DNA of 64,000 bases from Desulfomonilia bacterium. Lineage in GTDB: Bacteria; Desulfobacterota; Desulfomonilia; UBA1062. Under the pieces are notes generated by a model. That model was given only the letters and a program-made list of their open reading frames with translations, did not search any database and was not told the origin of the DNA. Location: positions 416,001 to 480,000 of the forward strand of contig CAXXDQ010000007.1 of NCBI GenBank assembly GCA_963664325.2. The letters run 5' to 3'. The position numbers and the translations under genes were made by a program. Of the stretch, positions 38,476-48,371 are shown piece after piece. Positions within the stretch are counted from its first letter, which is position 1. Each line of letters begins with the position of its first letter.

Positions 38476-40788
38476 TTATAAATCAGCGGCTTTCCCCATC
38501 ACGCTTTCCCCGGTAGCCTTTTCACCCGAAAAGAGAATCAGCAGCGACGGCAGCAGCAGTATATCGCAAAGCAATGCAACACTCAGTGTAAGACTTGTGA
38601 GTATGCCGAAATATACCACGGATGTGACATGGCCGAATATCATTATAAGGTATCCGAATACCAGTATAATATTGGAAATGAACATCGGGGCTCCTTTGAA
38701 AAGCAGCGTATCCCTGACCGCATCGCGCACGCCTGCACCCGCTTTTCTAAGAAATTTGAAATAATAGAGGTAATGAATAGTATTATCGACAGAGAGCCCT
38801 ATCGTGATTGCCGCGACAGTGACGGTTGCAACATCAAGGTTTATGCCGGTAAAGCCCATGAAACCGAGCGTGAAGATTATGGGTATGATGTTGGGGATTA
38901 TTATTATGAGCAGGTAATACCATGAACGGAGCAGTATCGTGGTGCTTGCAAATATAAGTATGAAGGCCAGTATAAAGCTCTCGACCTGGGTTCTGGCTAT
39001 GTACTCTATAAGCTTTATGTAAAGCGGGATGTAGCCTCCGAAGGCCACGTCCACATTCCCGCTGAAAGCTTCATCTATCATCTTTTCAGTTTTGTCGATT
39101 ACCGTCCTGAACGAACGGCTGCTCGTCATGGGTATGCGGATCGTCAGTCTTGCCTCGGTATATCCGTTGTCAACGAAATACCAGAGGTCATTTTTGCCGT
39201 TCATTTCATAGAGCAGCAGTTCCTGTGCAACAGCATTCCTGGTATCAGGGATTTTGTAAGAAGACTCTCTGTTGTCTGTAAGAACACGGTTTAGCAGCTT
39301 TACCACATCGGCAATTGATGTCGATTTGTTGTAGGAAGGATCTCTTTCAATCCTGTCCTGAAGGAGACTCAGGCCTTTCAGGAAACCGGGGTCCTTTATC
39401 GTCCCGCTTTTAGGAATCAACCTCACCTCAAGCGGGACATAAAAACCGTAATCCTTCTCGAAGAACTCCGAGTCCTTTCTGATACCGTTTGATTCCTTGA
39501 GCATGCCGATTGTGTAGGTATCCACTTTGATCCTTGCAATGCCGGATACGCCCACAATCAGGATCAGAAAAAAGAATGCAACAACAGCCTTGTTGTGCCT
39601 TTGAATAAAGACATTTACCTTTATCAGCCGGGGCCTGAAAAACGTTTCGTAGAATTTATTTTCAGGCTCGACCGGGGGTCCCTGCCGCTTGTTTCTTTTT
39701 TCCATGAGAACAAGGACAAACGTACCGACAATTATTGAGACGACATATTCAAGGATGACGGCAAGGGCTGCGAATATCCCGAAATACTTGAGTATCTTCA
39801 TCGGGCTTGTGCAGAAGGAGAAAAAACCCACCGCGGTAGTAAATGAAGTGAAGAAACACGGCACAAGCACATGGCTTATAGTCTTCTTTATATCGCGCTC
39901 TGAGGGCGGCGTATCGTAATAATGGGAATATATGAATATTATGTCTTCAAGGCACATGATCAGAACGAGAGAGGGAAGTATTGCGGACACCATGTTGAGC
40001 TTCTGCTTGAAGAGGCCCAGGACGCCCAGTATGATCACCGAGATGAGGACTATGGTAGCCGTTGTTGCAATCATTATGGATTTTTTTCTGTAGAAGATGA
40101 GAATCGAAAACAGCAGTATGATGTAGGTCAGGCCTGTAAAGAGCGACGTGTCGTTGAGCGTCAGCCGGTTAAGCTCGTCATATATTACGCCCGTACCCAT
40201 TAGCTTGAAATCAATACCTTTAAGATTCTCTTTCACGAATCCGATCAGTTCGGGCCTCTTTGCATCCATTTCATCCGTTACGACCGGCTCGATAACAATG
40301 ATAGTCGCGGAAGAATCCTTGTTGAGCAGCAGTTTCCTCATCTGCGGGTTCGAATTAAGTCTTTTTTTGAAGTTATCAAGGTTGAATGATCCGTCGGGTT
40401 TTGATTCTACTATATCCTCAACAATGAGCATGTCACCTTTGCTGTCAAGGTATGGGGCATCGGTAATGGAAAGGATTCGTTTGACCAGCTTGTGTTTGCC
40501 GAGTTCGTTCGAAATATCATAGATCCTGCCGGCAAATGCCTTATCATAAATTCCCTTTTCAGGTTTGACCCAGACAAGTATCACCTCATCGTTGCCGTAA
40601 ATTCGTTTGAATTGATTGTAATCGATTAAAACCTTGTCGTTTTTCAGAAACCAGACTTCAAGCGAGTTCTCGATGCCGAGGTTCTTGAGGAAATATGCCG
40701 AAAAGGCGGTTGCGAAAAGAACAAGAACTAAGAGCAGCCACCTTTTTTCAACGAGTATCTCTGCAAGCCGATCATTTACCTTTGCCAT
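38476..40788 (-). CDS. MMPL / RND-family transporter
   Basis: Two repeats of 1+5 TM with periplasmic loops; TSFTTAVGF, IGLSVDNTIH. Confidence 0.88.
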   Translation of the reverse strand: MAKVNDRLAEILVEKRWLLLVLVLFATAFSAYFLKNLGIENSLEVWFLKNDKVLIDYNQFKRIYGNDEVILVWVKPEKGIYDKAFAGRIYDISNELGKHKLVKRILSITDAPYLDSKGDMLIVEDIVESKPDGSFNLDNFKKRLNSNPQMRKLLLNKDSSATIIVIEPVVTDEMDAKRPELIGFVKENLKGIDFKLMGTGVIYDELNRLTLNDTSLFTGLTYIILLFSILIFYRKKSIMIATTATIVLISVIILGVLGLFKQKLNMVSAILPSLVLIMCLEDIIFIYSHYYDTPPSERDIKKTISHVLVPCFFTSFTTAVGFFSFCTSPMKILKYFGIFAALAVILEYVVSIIVGTFVLVLMEKRNKRQGPPVEPENKFYETFFRPRLIKVNVFIQRHNKAVVAFFFLILIVGVSGIARIKVDTYTIGMLKESNGIRKDSEFFEKDYGFYVPLEVRLIPKSGTIKDPGFLKGLSLLQDRIERDPSYNKSTSIADVVKLLNRVLTDNRESSYKIPDTRNAVAQELLLYEMNGKNDLWYFVDNGYTEARLTIRIPMTSSRSFRTVIDKTEKMIDEAFSGNVDVAFGGYIPLYIKLIEYIARTQVESFILAFILIFASTTILLRSWYYLLIIIIPNIIPIIFTLGFMGFTGINLDVATVTVAAITIGLSVDNTIHYLYYFKFLRKAGAGVRDAVRDTLLFKGAPMFISNIILVFGYLIMIFGHVTSVVYFGILTSLTLSVALLCDILLLPSLLILFSGEKATGESVMGKAADL

Positions 40789-40910
40789 TCACTGTGCCCT
40801 TAATATAATTATTATATAAAAAAGAACTATAGATTTGATTTTTAGTTTCCCGATAACTTAATAATAATTTATTTTGATATTTTAAATAAAAATCGTGACG
40901 GAGGTATTAT

Positions 40911-41702
40911 TTGATGGGGGTTTTTATAAAATTCACAATGATACTCACTGCATATTGTCTTGCACCAATAGCTGCATTTAACGCATATTCTGCGCAGCCT
41001 GTGCCCTATGATATTGCTAAGAAATCCGATGAAGCCCTTAACAGGGCCAGGGATGTAAAATCTGAAATATCCATGCAGATATTTGACAGGAACGGCAGCA
41101 GGAGGGACAGGCGCATTACTTCCTATGCAAAGAAGTATCCGAACGGAGACAGGAAAACATTGCTTGTTTTTGATTACCCCGCCGATGTCAAGGACAGCGC
41201 TTTTCTTATCTGGGACATTAAAGGCCAGGACGACCGGCAGTGGCTTTATCTGCCGGCCCTTGAAAAAATCCGCCAGATAGCGCCCGGTGACAAAGGGGGC
41301 AGCTTCATGGGTTCCGACTTTTCATATTATGACATGGGAGGCCAGGATGTTGACGACTTCAATTACAAGCTCGTCAAGGAAGAAACTGCCGATGGCTCTT
41401 TATGTTATGTGCTTGAATCATACCCGAAAAAAGCCATCCCCTACGGCAGGATCACGACATGGATAAGGAAGGACAACTTTCTGCCGGTCAGGACTGATAT
41501 TTATGATAAAAAAGGAGAGTTCATGAAGCAGTGCCTGTCAGGGGCCGTAAAGGTGATTAACAATATCCCGACGCCGACCCATATTGTGATGAAGCAGGTG
41601 AAGGATCCCTCGTACACGGTCATTGACCTCGTAAATATTATTTATGATTCCGGTCTCGCCGACGGTATTTTCACGCAGAGATACATGCAGAGGGGAAAGT
41701 AA
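40911..41702 (+). CDS. Outer-membrane lipoprotein-sorting (LolA-like) protein
   Basis: PADVKDSAFL, QWLYLPAL..IRQI, SFMGSDFSYYD. Confidence 0.85.
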   Translation: MMGVFIKFTMILTAYCLAPIAAFNAYSAQPVPYDIAKKSDEALNRARDVKSEISMQIFDRNGSRRDRRITSYAKKYPNGDRKTLLVFDYPADVKDSAFLIWDIKGQDDRQWLYLPALEKIRQIAPGDKGGSFMGSDFSYYDMGGQDVDDFNYKLVKEETADGSLCYVLESYPKKAIPYGRITTWIRKDNFLPVRTDIYDKKGEFMKQCLSGAVKVINNIPTPTHIVMKQVKDPSYTVIDLVNIIYDSGLADGIFTQRYMQRGK

Positions 41703-41706
41703 GGCG

Positions 41707-43197
41707 ATGCGGAGCCTGTTTGCCGCCCTGCTTTCACTCCTTATATTGGGCAGTCCCCTGCTGGGCCTTGATTTTCAGACCGGCAGAATCCAAAATTCCG
41801 TTGGCGGCTCCCTTGAAGGTCTGGGTACGGCACCTCTTCACAATAATTCTCCCAGGGAAGACTTGACTGGTGTTTTCAGGGTGCAGACAAAATCCTCTTT
41901 CGGGGATGTCAGCGACATCAAGATAAATTTAAGGGGAGAATATGACGGAACAGTGCTTTACCCGCATGACCACAAGGTTTTTCTCGGCTATACCAATATT
42001 TATCAGGACAGAAATCCTTTTTTGAGCGCCGATGAGGCATACTTTGATTTCTTTACGTCAAAGGCAGATTTCAGGCTGGGTATACAGAAATTCGCATGGG
42101 GGAGGCTCGACGAACTGAGCCCTGTGGACATGCTGAATACGGATTCCATGACAAACCCTTTTATCGAGGATGAAAACACCAGAAAGATAGGGGCCCCGTC
42201 GGCCAGGGCAAATATCTATTCGGATTTAGTCAACCTCGAACTGGACTGGATCCCCCGCTGGGTTCCCTACCGGCTTCCCATGTCTTATGAAAGATGGTTC
42301 CCTACCGTCCTGATTGCACCTGAAAACATTGTTATACAGGGATATGGTCCCCTTTTACCTGCCAATATATCCATCCCTGTAAAGGCCGAGTACCAGGACA
42401 TCGACATGCCGGCCTGCACATTCGAAAACTCCGAGATCGGTGTAAAGATTTCAAAGACCGTGGGAAAGTGGGAAGTTTCGGCCATGTATTTCAGGGGATA
42501 CGACACGATGCCGGTTTTTGACATGCCAACAAAGCTGTCGGTTTCGATAGACCCGCAAACGATTACGCCCAGCCTCTCTTTGGACACAGAACTAGAACCC
42601 AGGGTTTTCACAATCGATATGTTTGCCTTTGACTTCTCGACCACGGCCGGAGATTTCACGTTCAGGGGTGATGCGGCTTTTTTCAAGGACAGACGCTATA
42701 TCAGGGAAATCGAGGGCATGATAAACGACTATTTCGACAAAGACATGCTGCAATCAATTATCAGTGAGGTTTTAAAAGATCCTTTCAACCCGCATACCTT
42801 TACGTTCAACCCGCCCGTAATAGAAAAAAAGGATTCTGCAAAATACGGCCTCGGGTTTGATTATATCAAAGGGGACACGACGGTCACAGGCCAGATCATC
42901 CAGGAATATATCTTCAATTACGATGAAAAGCTGCTCTTCAACAAGAACGGCATAGACACCATGCTGACGCTCTCAATAAAGCGCATGCTGTTCAACAGCA
43001 GATTCGAGGCGGCCATTTACGGTTCCTACGGTATTGAGTTCAGGCAGTTTCTCGTCAAACCCTCGGCCTCTTATGATATTACGGACAACCTCAAGCTGAC
43101 TCTTGCAGCTCTTGTATTCGGCGGGGAAAAAGACTCCATTCTCGGACAGTATTCAGACAATGACGAAATCTTTTTAAAGGTAAAATACAGCTATTGA
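41707..43197 (+). CDS. Putative outer-membrane beta-barrel protein (DUF1302-like)
   Basis: Signal peptide MRSLFAALL; EAYFDF, LGIQKFAWG, C-terminal aromatic KVKYSY. Confidence 0.7.
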   Translation: MRSLFAALLSLLILGSPLLGLDFQTGRIQNSVGGSLEGLGTAPLHNNSPREDLTGVFRVQTKSSFGDVSDIKINLRGEYDGTVLYPHDHKVFLGYTNIYQDRNPFLSADEAYFDFFTSKADFRLGIQKFAWGRLDELSPVDMLNTDSMTNPFIEDENTRKIGAPSARANIYSDLVNLELDWIPRWVPYRLPMSYERWFPTVLIAPENIVIQGYGPLLPANISIPVKAEYQDIDMPACTFENSEIGVKISKTVGKWEVSAMYFRGYDTMPVFDMPTKLSVSIDPQTITPSLSLDTELEPRVFTIDMFAFDFSTTAGDFTFRGDAAFFKDRRYIREIEGMINDYFDKDMLQSIISEVLKDPFNPHTFTFNPPVIEKKDSAKYGLGFDYIKGDTTVTGQIIQEYIFNYDEKLLFNKNGIDTMLTLSIKRMLFNSRFEAAIYGSYGIEFRQFLVKPSASYDITDNLKLTLAALVFGGEKDSILGQYSDNDEIFLKVKYSY

Positions 43198-43370
43198 TCT
43201 GACTTTGATATATCGAGGTTCCTGATTTTTATGTTTCTCAAAATAATCTGTCACGCTGGCATTAATATGTAAATCGTGCGATAATGTAACATGCCGGTGA
43301 GATAACCATCTTTTTTGTCCGGCGATATTTTAATAATCCCGAAATTATTAAATTGATAAGGGGAGATTTT

Positions 43371-44982
43371 ATGGGACTCAGACGTTTACTGATTATTCTG
43401 TTTCTTTTTTCCGCCCTTGCAATTGTGTCTCAACCCGCCTGTCTTTTAGCCCAGGACTATAGGATAAAATACGCCCGGCATTGGATTACGACATGGGACG
43501 GCTATAAACTTGACGTCGATGTTTATTCACCGTGCTCCGGCGTCAATTTCCCTCTGGTGATCTTTTCCCCGAGCTGGGGCGTCGACAAGATCCAGTATAT
43601 GATCCCTGCGGCCAAAATGGCCCAAAAAGGGTATGTAGCGGTTTCCTATTCTGCACGCGGCTGGTTTAAATCTACCGGGATCATAAATGTCGGTGAGGAA
43701 AACGATATGCGCGATATCTCGATCATAATAGATTTCGTCCTGGCAAATTACCCGGTGGACAAGAACAATATAGGCATGTCCGGGATTTCCATGGGGCGGG
43801 GAACGGTCTCTGAGCATACCGATATATGAAAACCGTATCAAAGCTGTTGCCGCATTGAGCTGTACGGCAGATTATCGCGAGAATATGTACAAGCAGGACA
43901 CACCCAACAACGCCCAGGCCTTGAGCGGTGACCCTACAATATTTGCTGATGCCATCAATGATCTTATCACCGGGATTAATACAAGCGGTGTGCTCAACTG
44001 GGCCGATTCATTATCTCCGGTAACATATCTTGATGACTATAACAGTCTGAAGAGACCTCCCAGCATTTACATATCAAACGCTTATGACGACAGGCTTATG
44101 GACAACAACAGCCTGCTCGAGTTTTTCAAAGATCTCGACTTTCCTGAAAAGGTTATCGATCTTAATGACGGCAAGCATGCCTTCCCGGTGGGAATAGGCT
44201 GTGTCGGTTTGCCGGAACGCACCTGGACCAAGGTATACAAGTGGTTTGACTATTACCTCAAAGGCATACCGTCTGACATTGTAGGGAGGGTCCAAAAAAC
44301 AAAAGTCGGGCTGCAGCTCAAAGGTACAGGCGAACGCCTGTATTTCGATTCATGGCCGCCCAGACAGATATTTTATCAGAACCTTTATCTGCATCCGAGA
44401 CAGGACTGCCCCACCAATAGTAACAACATGAAGAGCGGCATGAATATCTTTCCTTATAGATCAAGGGCCGTTGATCTGATCTACAGCGGGACTGGCTCGG
44501 CGGCAAATTCAGGTCCTTTTGACGATTCATCCGAGTTGAACCTCAGCCCTGTAACCGCCAACATGAACAACCTTGACGGCAGATATGCCCTTGTTTACGA
44601 GACTATCCCGTTTTGCCGGGAAAGTATCATCGCAGGCATACCTGTTCTGGATTTGAGTGTCACCCCGAGCATGCCCGATGCACAGGTTATCGCGTACCTT
44701 TATGACGTAAACGGCTATGGAAAAGGAACGCTCCTCACTTACAGCGCATGGACACTAAGGGATGTAAAAGCCGGGAAAAGGGTCAGATTGAATTTTGAAT
44801 TCAAGGTGCTGGCAGTAAGGATACCAAAGGACCACAGGCTTGCCCTGGTCCTCGATACATATGACCCGCGCTTCGGATTTCCAGAACGCCCCGCATATAA
44901 TGTAAGCATAAATTATGATGGCATGCCTGTATTGAAAATGCCATATACCTATGCAAAACCGGTTCAGGAGCCTGTGCAGTAG
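43371..44982 (+). CDS. CocE/NonD (peptidase S15) family secreted hydrolase, frameshifted near 43790-43810
   Basis: TWDGYKL, YSARGW, IGMSGIS nucleophile elbow; continues in another frame as RIKAVAALS; C-terminal HRLALV. Confidence 0.7.
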
Positions 44983-45015
44983 ACGATAATAAGTAAGCGC
45001 TCAGAAGATGAAGAT

Positions 45016-46248
45016 ATGAGTTTAACCCGGCGTGATTTTATCAGATGCTCGGCTGTCGCTTCAGGCCTTGCTGCCTGGGTTTGCCCGTTTTCACCCTGTT
45101 CTGCTAAAATCGAACCGAATCAGAAGCGCTGTATAAAATTACCTTCCTATCCCGTATGCAAAGCAGCTTCAAAAGTCTTCATCGAGGGTGTGGACAAAAT
45201 TCCGGAAACCGCATCCGTTGAAACGGCATTGAGCATTGCTGCTGAATCAGCAACCGATTTTTCATGGCTCGGCAAAGGTGATTCCGTGCTCATCAAGCCT
45301 GTAAACAACTCGGGTGAGAAATACCCTGCAACCACTCATCCCGAAAGCATTGCCATCATAGTCAGGCTTCTCAAGGCCAAAGGCGCCGGCAGGATAATTG
45401 TCAGTGACATGGCCGGTGTCCAGCACTTGAAGCTTACCAGCAAGTCCCTTAGAGGCTCGACCAGGGCACTGATGATGAAAAACGGCATTCTCCAGGCAGC
45501 CGTTTCGGCCGGGGCCGAGATGTATTTCCCTGAAGAATCTGGCTGGAACGCATTCTTCGAGGACGGACCGGAAAAAGGCACATGCTGGAAAAACGGCATC
45601 ATGGTGCCCAGGATAATAAATGAAATTGACCATATTATCCTCATGCCTCGCGTAGCCCGCCATGCATTGGCTGGATGCACCCTGGGACTGAAGGCTGCGG
45701 TCGGCTACATCAGGCATGATTCCCGGCTTGAATACCATCACGACGCTTCGACCCTCTTTGAAAAGCACGTCGGTATTAATACAGTGCCTGCAATCAGTAA
45801 CAGGTTGAGGCTCGTAATCACGACGGCAACGAAAATGTTCGTCACATTCGGGCCTGACAACGGCAAGGTCTTTGAGCCTGAGACAGGACTTGTCATCGCA
45901 TCAACCGACATAACAGCCCACGATATGGTAAGCCTTGCCTGGCTCGAGATGGGCAGGGATAAAGACCCGGCAGGCTGGCCGGTTCTGATTAACGACCCTT
46001 ATGAATCATCAGATGCCACCGTTGACATGATGAACAGGGCGGTCGTCTATATGCTGGGAGGCGTCGGTGAGGCAGGCAGCGCACAAAAACTGATGCGCTA
46101 TAATGTAAGGTCCATATGGGAGGACCCGACGCTCAATGCAGCCTTCAAGATATTCGGCAATGTTCCAAGGATAGTCATAGAAAACCCTTCAGGTTCTGTT
46201 CCAGCTCCTTTGAAAGATGAATTTATGAAAAGGGTTACTTTTAATTAA
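45016..46248 (+). CDS. Tat-exported DUF362 family protein
   Basis: MSLTRRDFI Tat motif; VLIKPV, TTHPE, H..AGCTLGLK. Confidence 0.8.
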   Translation: MSLTRRDFIRCSAVASGLAAWVCPFSPCSAKIEPNQKRCIKLPSYPVCKAASKVFIEGVDKIPETASVETALSIAAESATDFSWLGKGDSVLIKPVNNSGEKYPATTHPESIAIIVRLLKAKGAGRIIVSDMAGVQHLKLTSKSLRGSTRALMMKNGILQAAVSAGAEMYFPEESGWNAFFEDGPEKGTCWKNGIMVPRIINEIDHIILMPRVARHALAGCTLGLKAAVGYIRHDSRLEYHHDASTLFEKHVGINTVPAISNRLRLVITTATKMFVTFGPDNGKVFEPETGLVIASTDITAHDMVSLAWLEMGRDKDPAGWPVLINDPYESSDATVDMMNRAVVYMLGGVGEAGSAQKLMRYNVRSIWEDPTLNAAFKIFGNVPRIVIENPSGSVPAPLKDEFMKRVTFN

Positions 46249-46564
46249 TTTATACCAGATTTTATCCGTCTCGCTGTTGTCCCCTAAATGATATCTGTCT
46301 GCAAGGACTTGGCACCTCAGTTCATAGGCGAGAGGGTTACAAAGCTTGCAACAATGTTGTTTAACAGCTGTATTGCAGCTCTTTGCAAGGCATCATGGAA
46401 ATCATAACCGGTGAATCAGAAAAAAAACCTTCTAGCCGGACAAACCATGACTGGGGAAAATGGGCTATAAACCTTCTTCATAACAATACTTCCCATGGTA
46501 CTAATATTAAAGGCCACTGCTAGTTTCTGCGGCAATTAAACATATCTTTATCGTGCCTTAGGTC

Positions 46565-46870
46565 TCAGTCAGTCAATTCACCGTTCAAGACACGGGCCCT
46601 CATCTCCGGGGTCAAGGGCGAACCCCGTTCAAGAAAATCGGGCGGTCTGTATTCAATATCAATTCCCCCAGATGGAGACCCGTCCGGATAAAGCAAAACC
46701 ATGCGGGAAACTTCACCTTTTGTCAGTTTCTCCACCATGTATGCCAGCTTGGGATTAAACTTTCTTTTTCCCGACAACAGCTCGGAAAAATAGCTGGGAG
46801 ACAACCCAAGCTCTTCAGCCAGTTTCTTTTGAGTAATTCCTCCAATATTCAACCAGGTTTTAAGATCCAT
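46565..46870 (-). CDS. Cro/YdaS-like HTH DNA-binding protein
   Basis: TQKKLAEELGLSPSYFSELLSGKR...TKGEVSR..L.PD. Start placed at MDLKTW (46870). Confidence 0.75.
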   Translation of the reverse strand: MDLKTWLNIGGITQKKLAEELGLSPSYFSELLSGKRKFNPKLAYMVEKLTKGEVSRMVLLYPDGSPSGGIDIEYRPPDFLERGSPLTPEMRARVLNGELTD

Positions 46871-47030
46871 TCTTTTCCTCATTAAATATACTTGAATATT
46901 GCTTCCAAGAATTGCATATGTCAATTACAGTATACTCTTTATCAGCAACAATCCTAATTTTTATTGCGGCGACCATTCGCAATCTGCGAATTTCGTTGCC
47001 GTCTTATATTCCAGGTGATATATTTTAAAG

Positions 47031-48269
47031 ATGTCTTCTTCCATATATGAATTTATTGTTGATATAAACAGCAGGACAGAATCACTTCTGGCACGAATCG
47101 GCGCATCTCTTGGTCCCGATCTCATTTGTGTTTTCCAGTTCACAGAAGGAATTCAATACCTGAAATACATCTGGCCGAAAGAGACGGACAGGCCTCATAA
47201 AATCAACAAATTTCAGCACTTCAACATAATTGAAAATCTTCCTGATATTTTTTCCAGACTTAAATCGTTAATGCTTTATTTTGATTCACCTGACAGCCTT
47301 CCTCAGAAACAGTCCGATTATTTAAAAACAAGCAATATTGCATCTGCCATTTTCATTCCGATCCAGAACAAGGGAGAGCTCTGGGGCTGCCTTTGCTGTA
47401 TATCTGCAACAAACAAACGCATGTGGACAAGTGAAGAACTTTCGATGCTGCTCAAAGAATCCATTGATCTTTCAAACTTCATATTTTTCTCTGAAATGCT
47501 CACCGAACTTAAGCATGCTGATGAACAGCTCTCAGTCATGCTGAACATGGCGACTGAAGGGATTGCCATATCCGATGAAAACATGGTGATCACTTCAGTC
47601 AGCGGACGTATTGCCGAGCTTGGCGGTTTCGCACAAGACGAACTGATGGGTCGTATAATATGGGATTTTTTAGATCCCAATGATTATGACAAGGCCAGAA
47701 CAAACCTTGAACTCGCCGAAAGAGGCCTGAGAAGTGTCGATTCTTACAGGCTTTTACTGAAATCAGGAGGGTCTCTTTTAACGCGAATAAGCATCAAGCC
47801 ATTAATAAAGAATGAACTCAAAAAAGGATTTATCTTTCTGATTGTAAATATGGAGGCAACTACTGTAACGGATATGAGACTACTGGAATACAAGGAGCAC
47901 ATGAATTACATAAGCGACCTTGTATGGACGACAGATATGGATTTGCTTTTTACCTATGTAAGTCCTTCAGTAAAACACCTGCTCGGATATACTACAGATG
48001 AAGCCCTGTGTTTGAACGCCGGTCTTACATTCAGCGGAAACACCCATAAAATCCTCGCCGAATCTTTTCAGAAAGGCCTTGCAGTTGCAAAAATAAAGGG
48101 CAGGCAGTTCAGGTCCGTCCTTAATGTAAAACAATACAGGCGTGATGGCAGAGCCATGTACGGCAAAATGATTATCGCCTTGAGACGGAATCCTGACGGC
48201 ACACCCAAAGGCTTCATCGGCGTGACCCATTTCGGAACAGAAGAACCATTTCCCGAACAAAGTGTTTGA
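47031..48269 (+). CDS. GAF-PAS-PAS sensor protein without a recognisable output domain
   Basis: IPI...GELWG..R.WT.EE (GAF); two PAS repeats (ELMGR..DFL.P.D; YVSPSV..LLGYT; RRDG). Confidence 0.75.
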   Translation: MSSSIYEFIVDINSRTESLLARIGASLGPDLICVFQFTEGIQYLKYIWPKETDRPHKINKFQHFNIIENLPDIFSRLKSLMLYFDSPDSLPQKQSDYLKTSNIASAIFIPIQNKGELWGCLCCISATNKRMWTSEELSMLLKESIDLSNFIFFSEMLTELKHADEQLSVMLNMATEGIAISDENMVITSVSGRIAELGGFAQDELMGRIIWDFLDPNDYDKARTNLELAERGLRSVDSYRLLLKSGGSLLTRISIKPLIKNELKKGFIFLIVNMEATTVTDMRLLEYKEHMNYISDLVWTTDMDLLFTYVSPSVKHLLGYTTDEALCLNAGLTFSGNTHKILAESFQKGLAVAKIKGRQFRSVLNVKQYRRDGRAMYGKMIIALRRNPDGTPKGFIGVTHFGTEEPFPEQSV

Positions 48270-48371
48270 ATGCTGTCACTGAAGTTTAAAACGGGTGTAA
48301 ATCTGCAGGGCCGTAACTTCTGAATTATTCATTCTTTATCTGTCAGTCAAGTCATTACCCGATCCCGGCAT

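Noticed and set aside
46250-46560. Possible small Cys-rich ORF or ncRNA in the gap after DUF362
   Set aside because: No convincing start, RBS, family motif or stable structure found by eye.
46565-46924. Prophage
   Set aside because: Only a lone Cro-like gene; no integrase, replication or structural genes.
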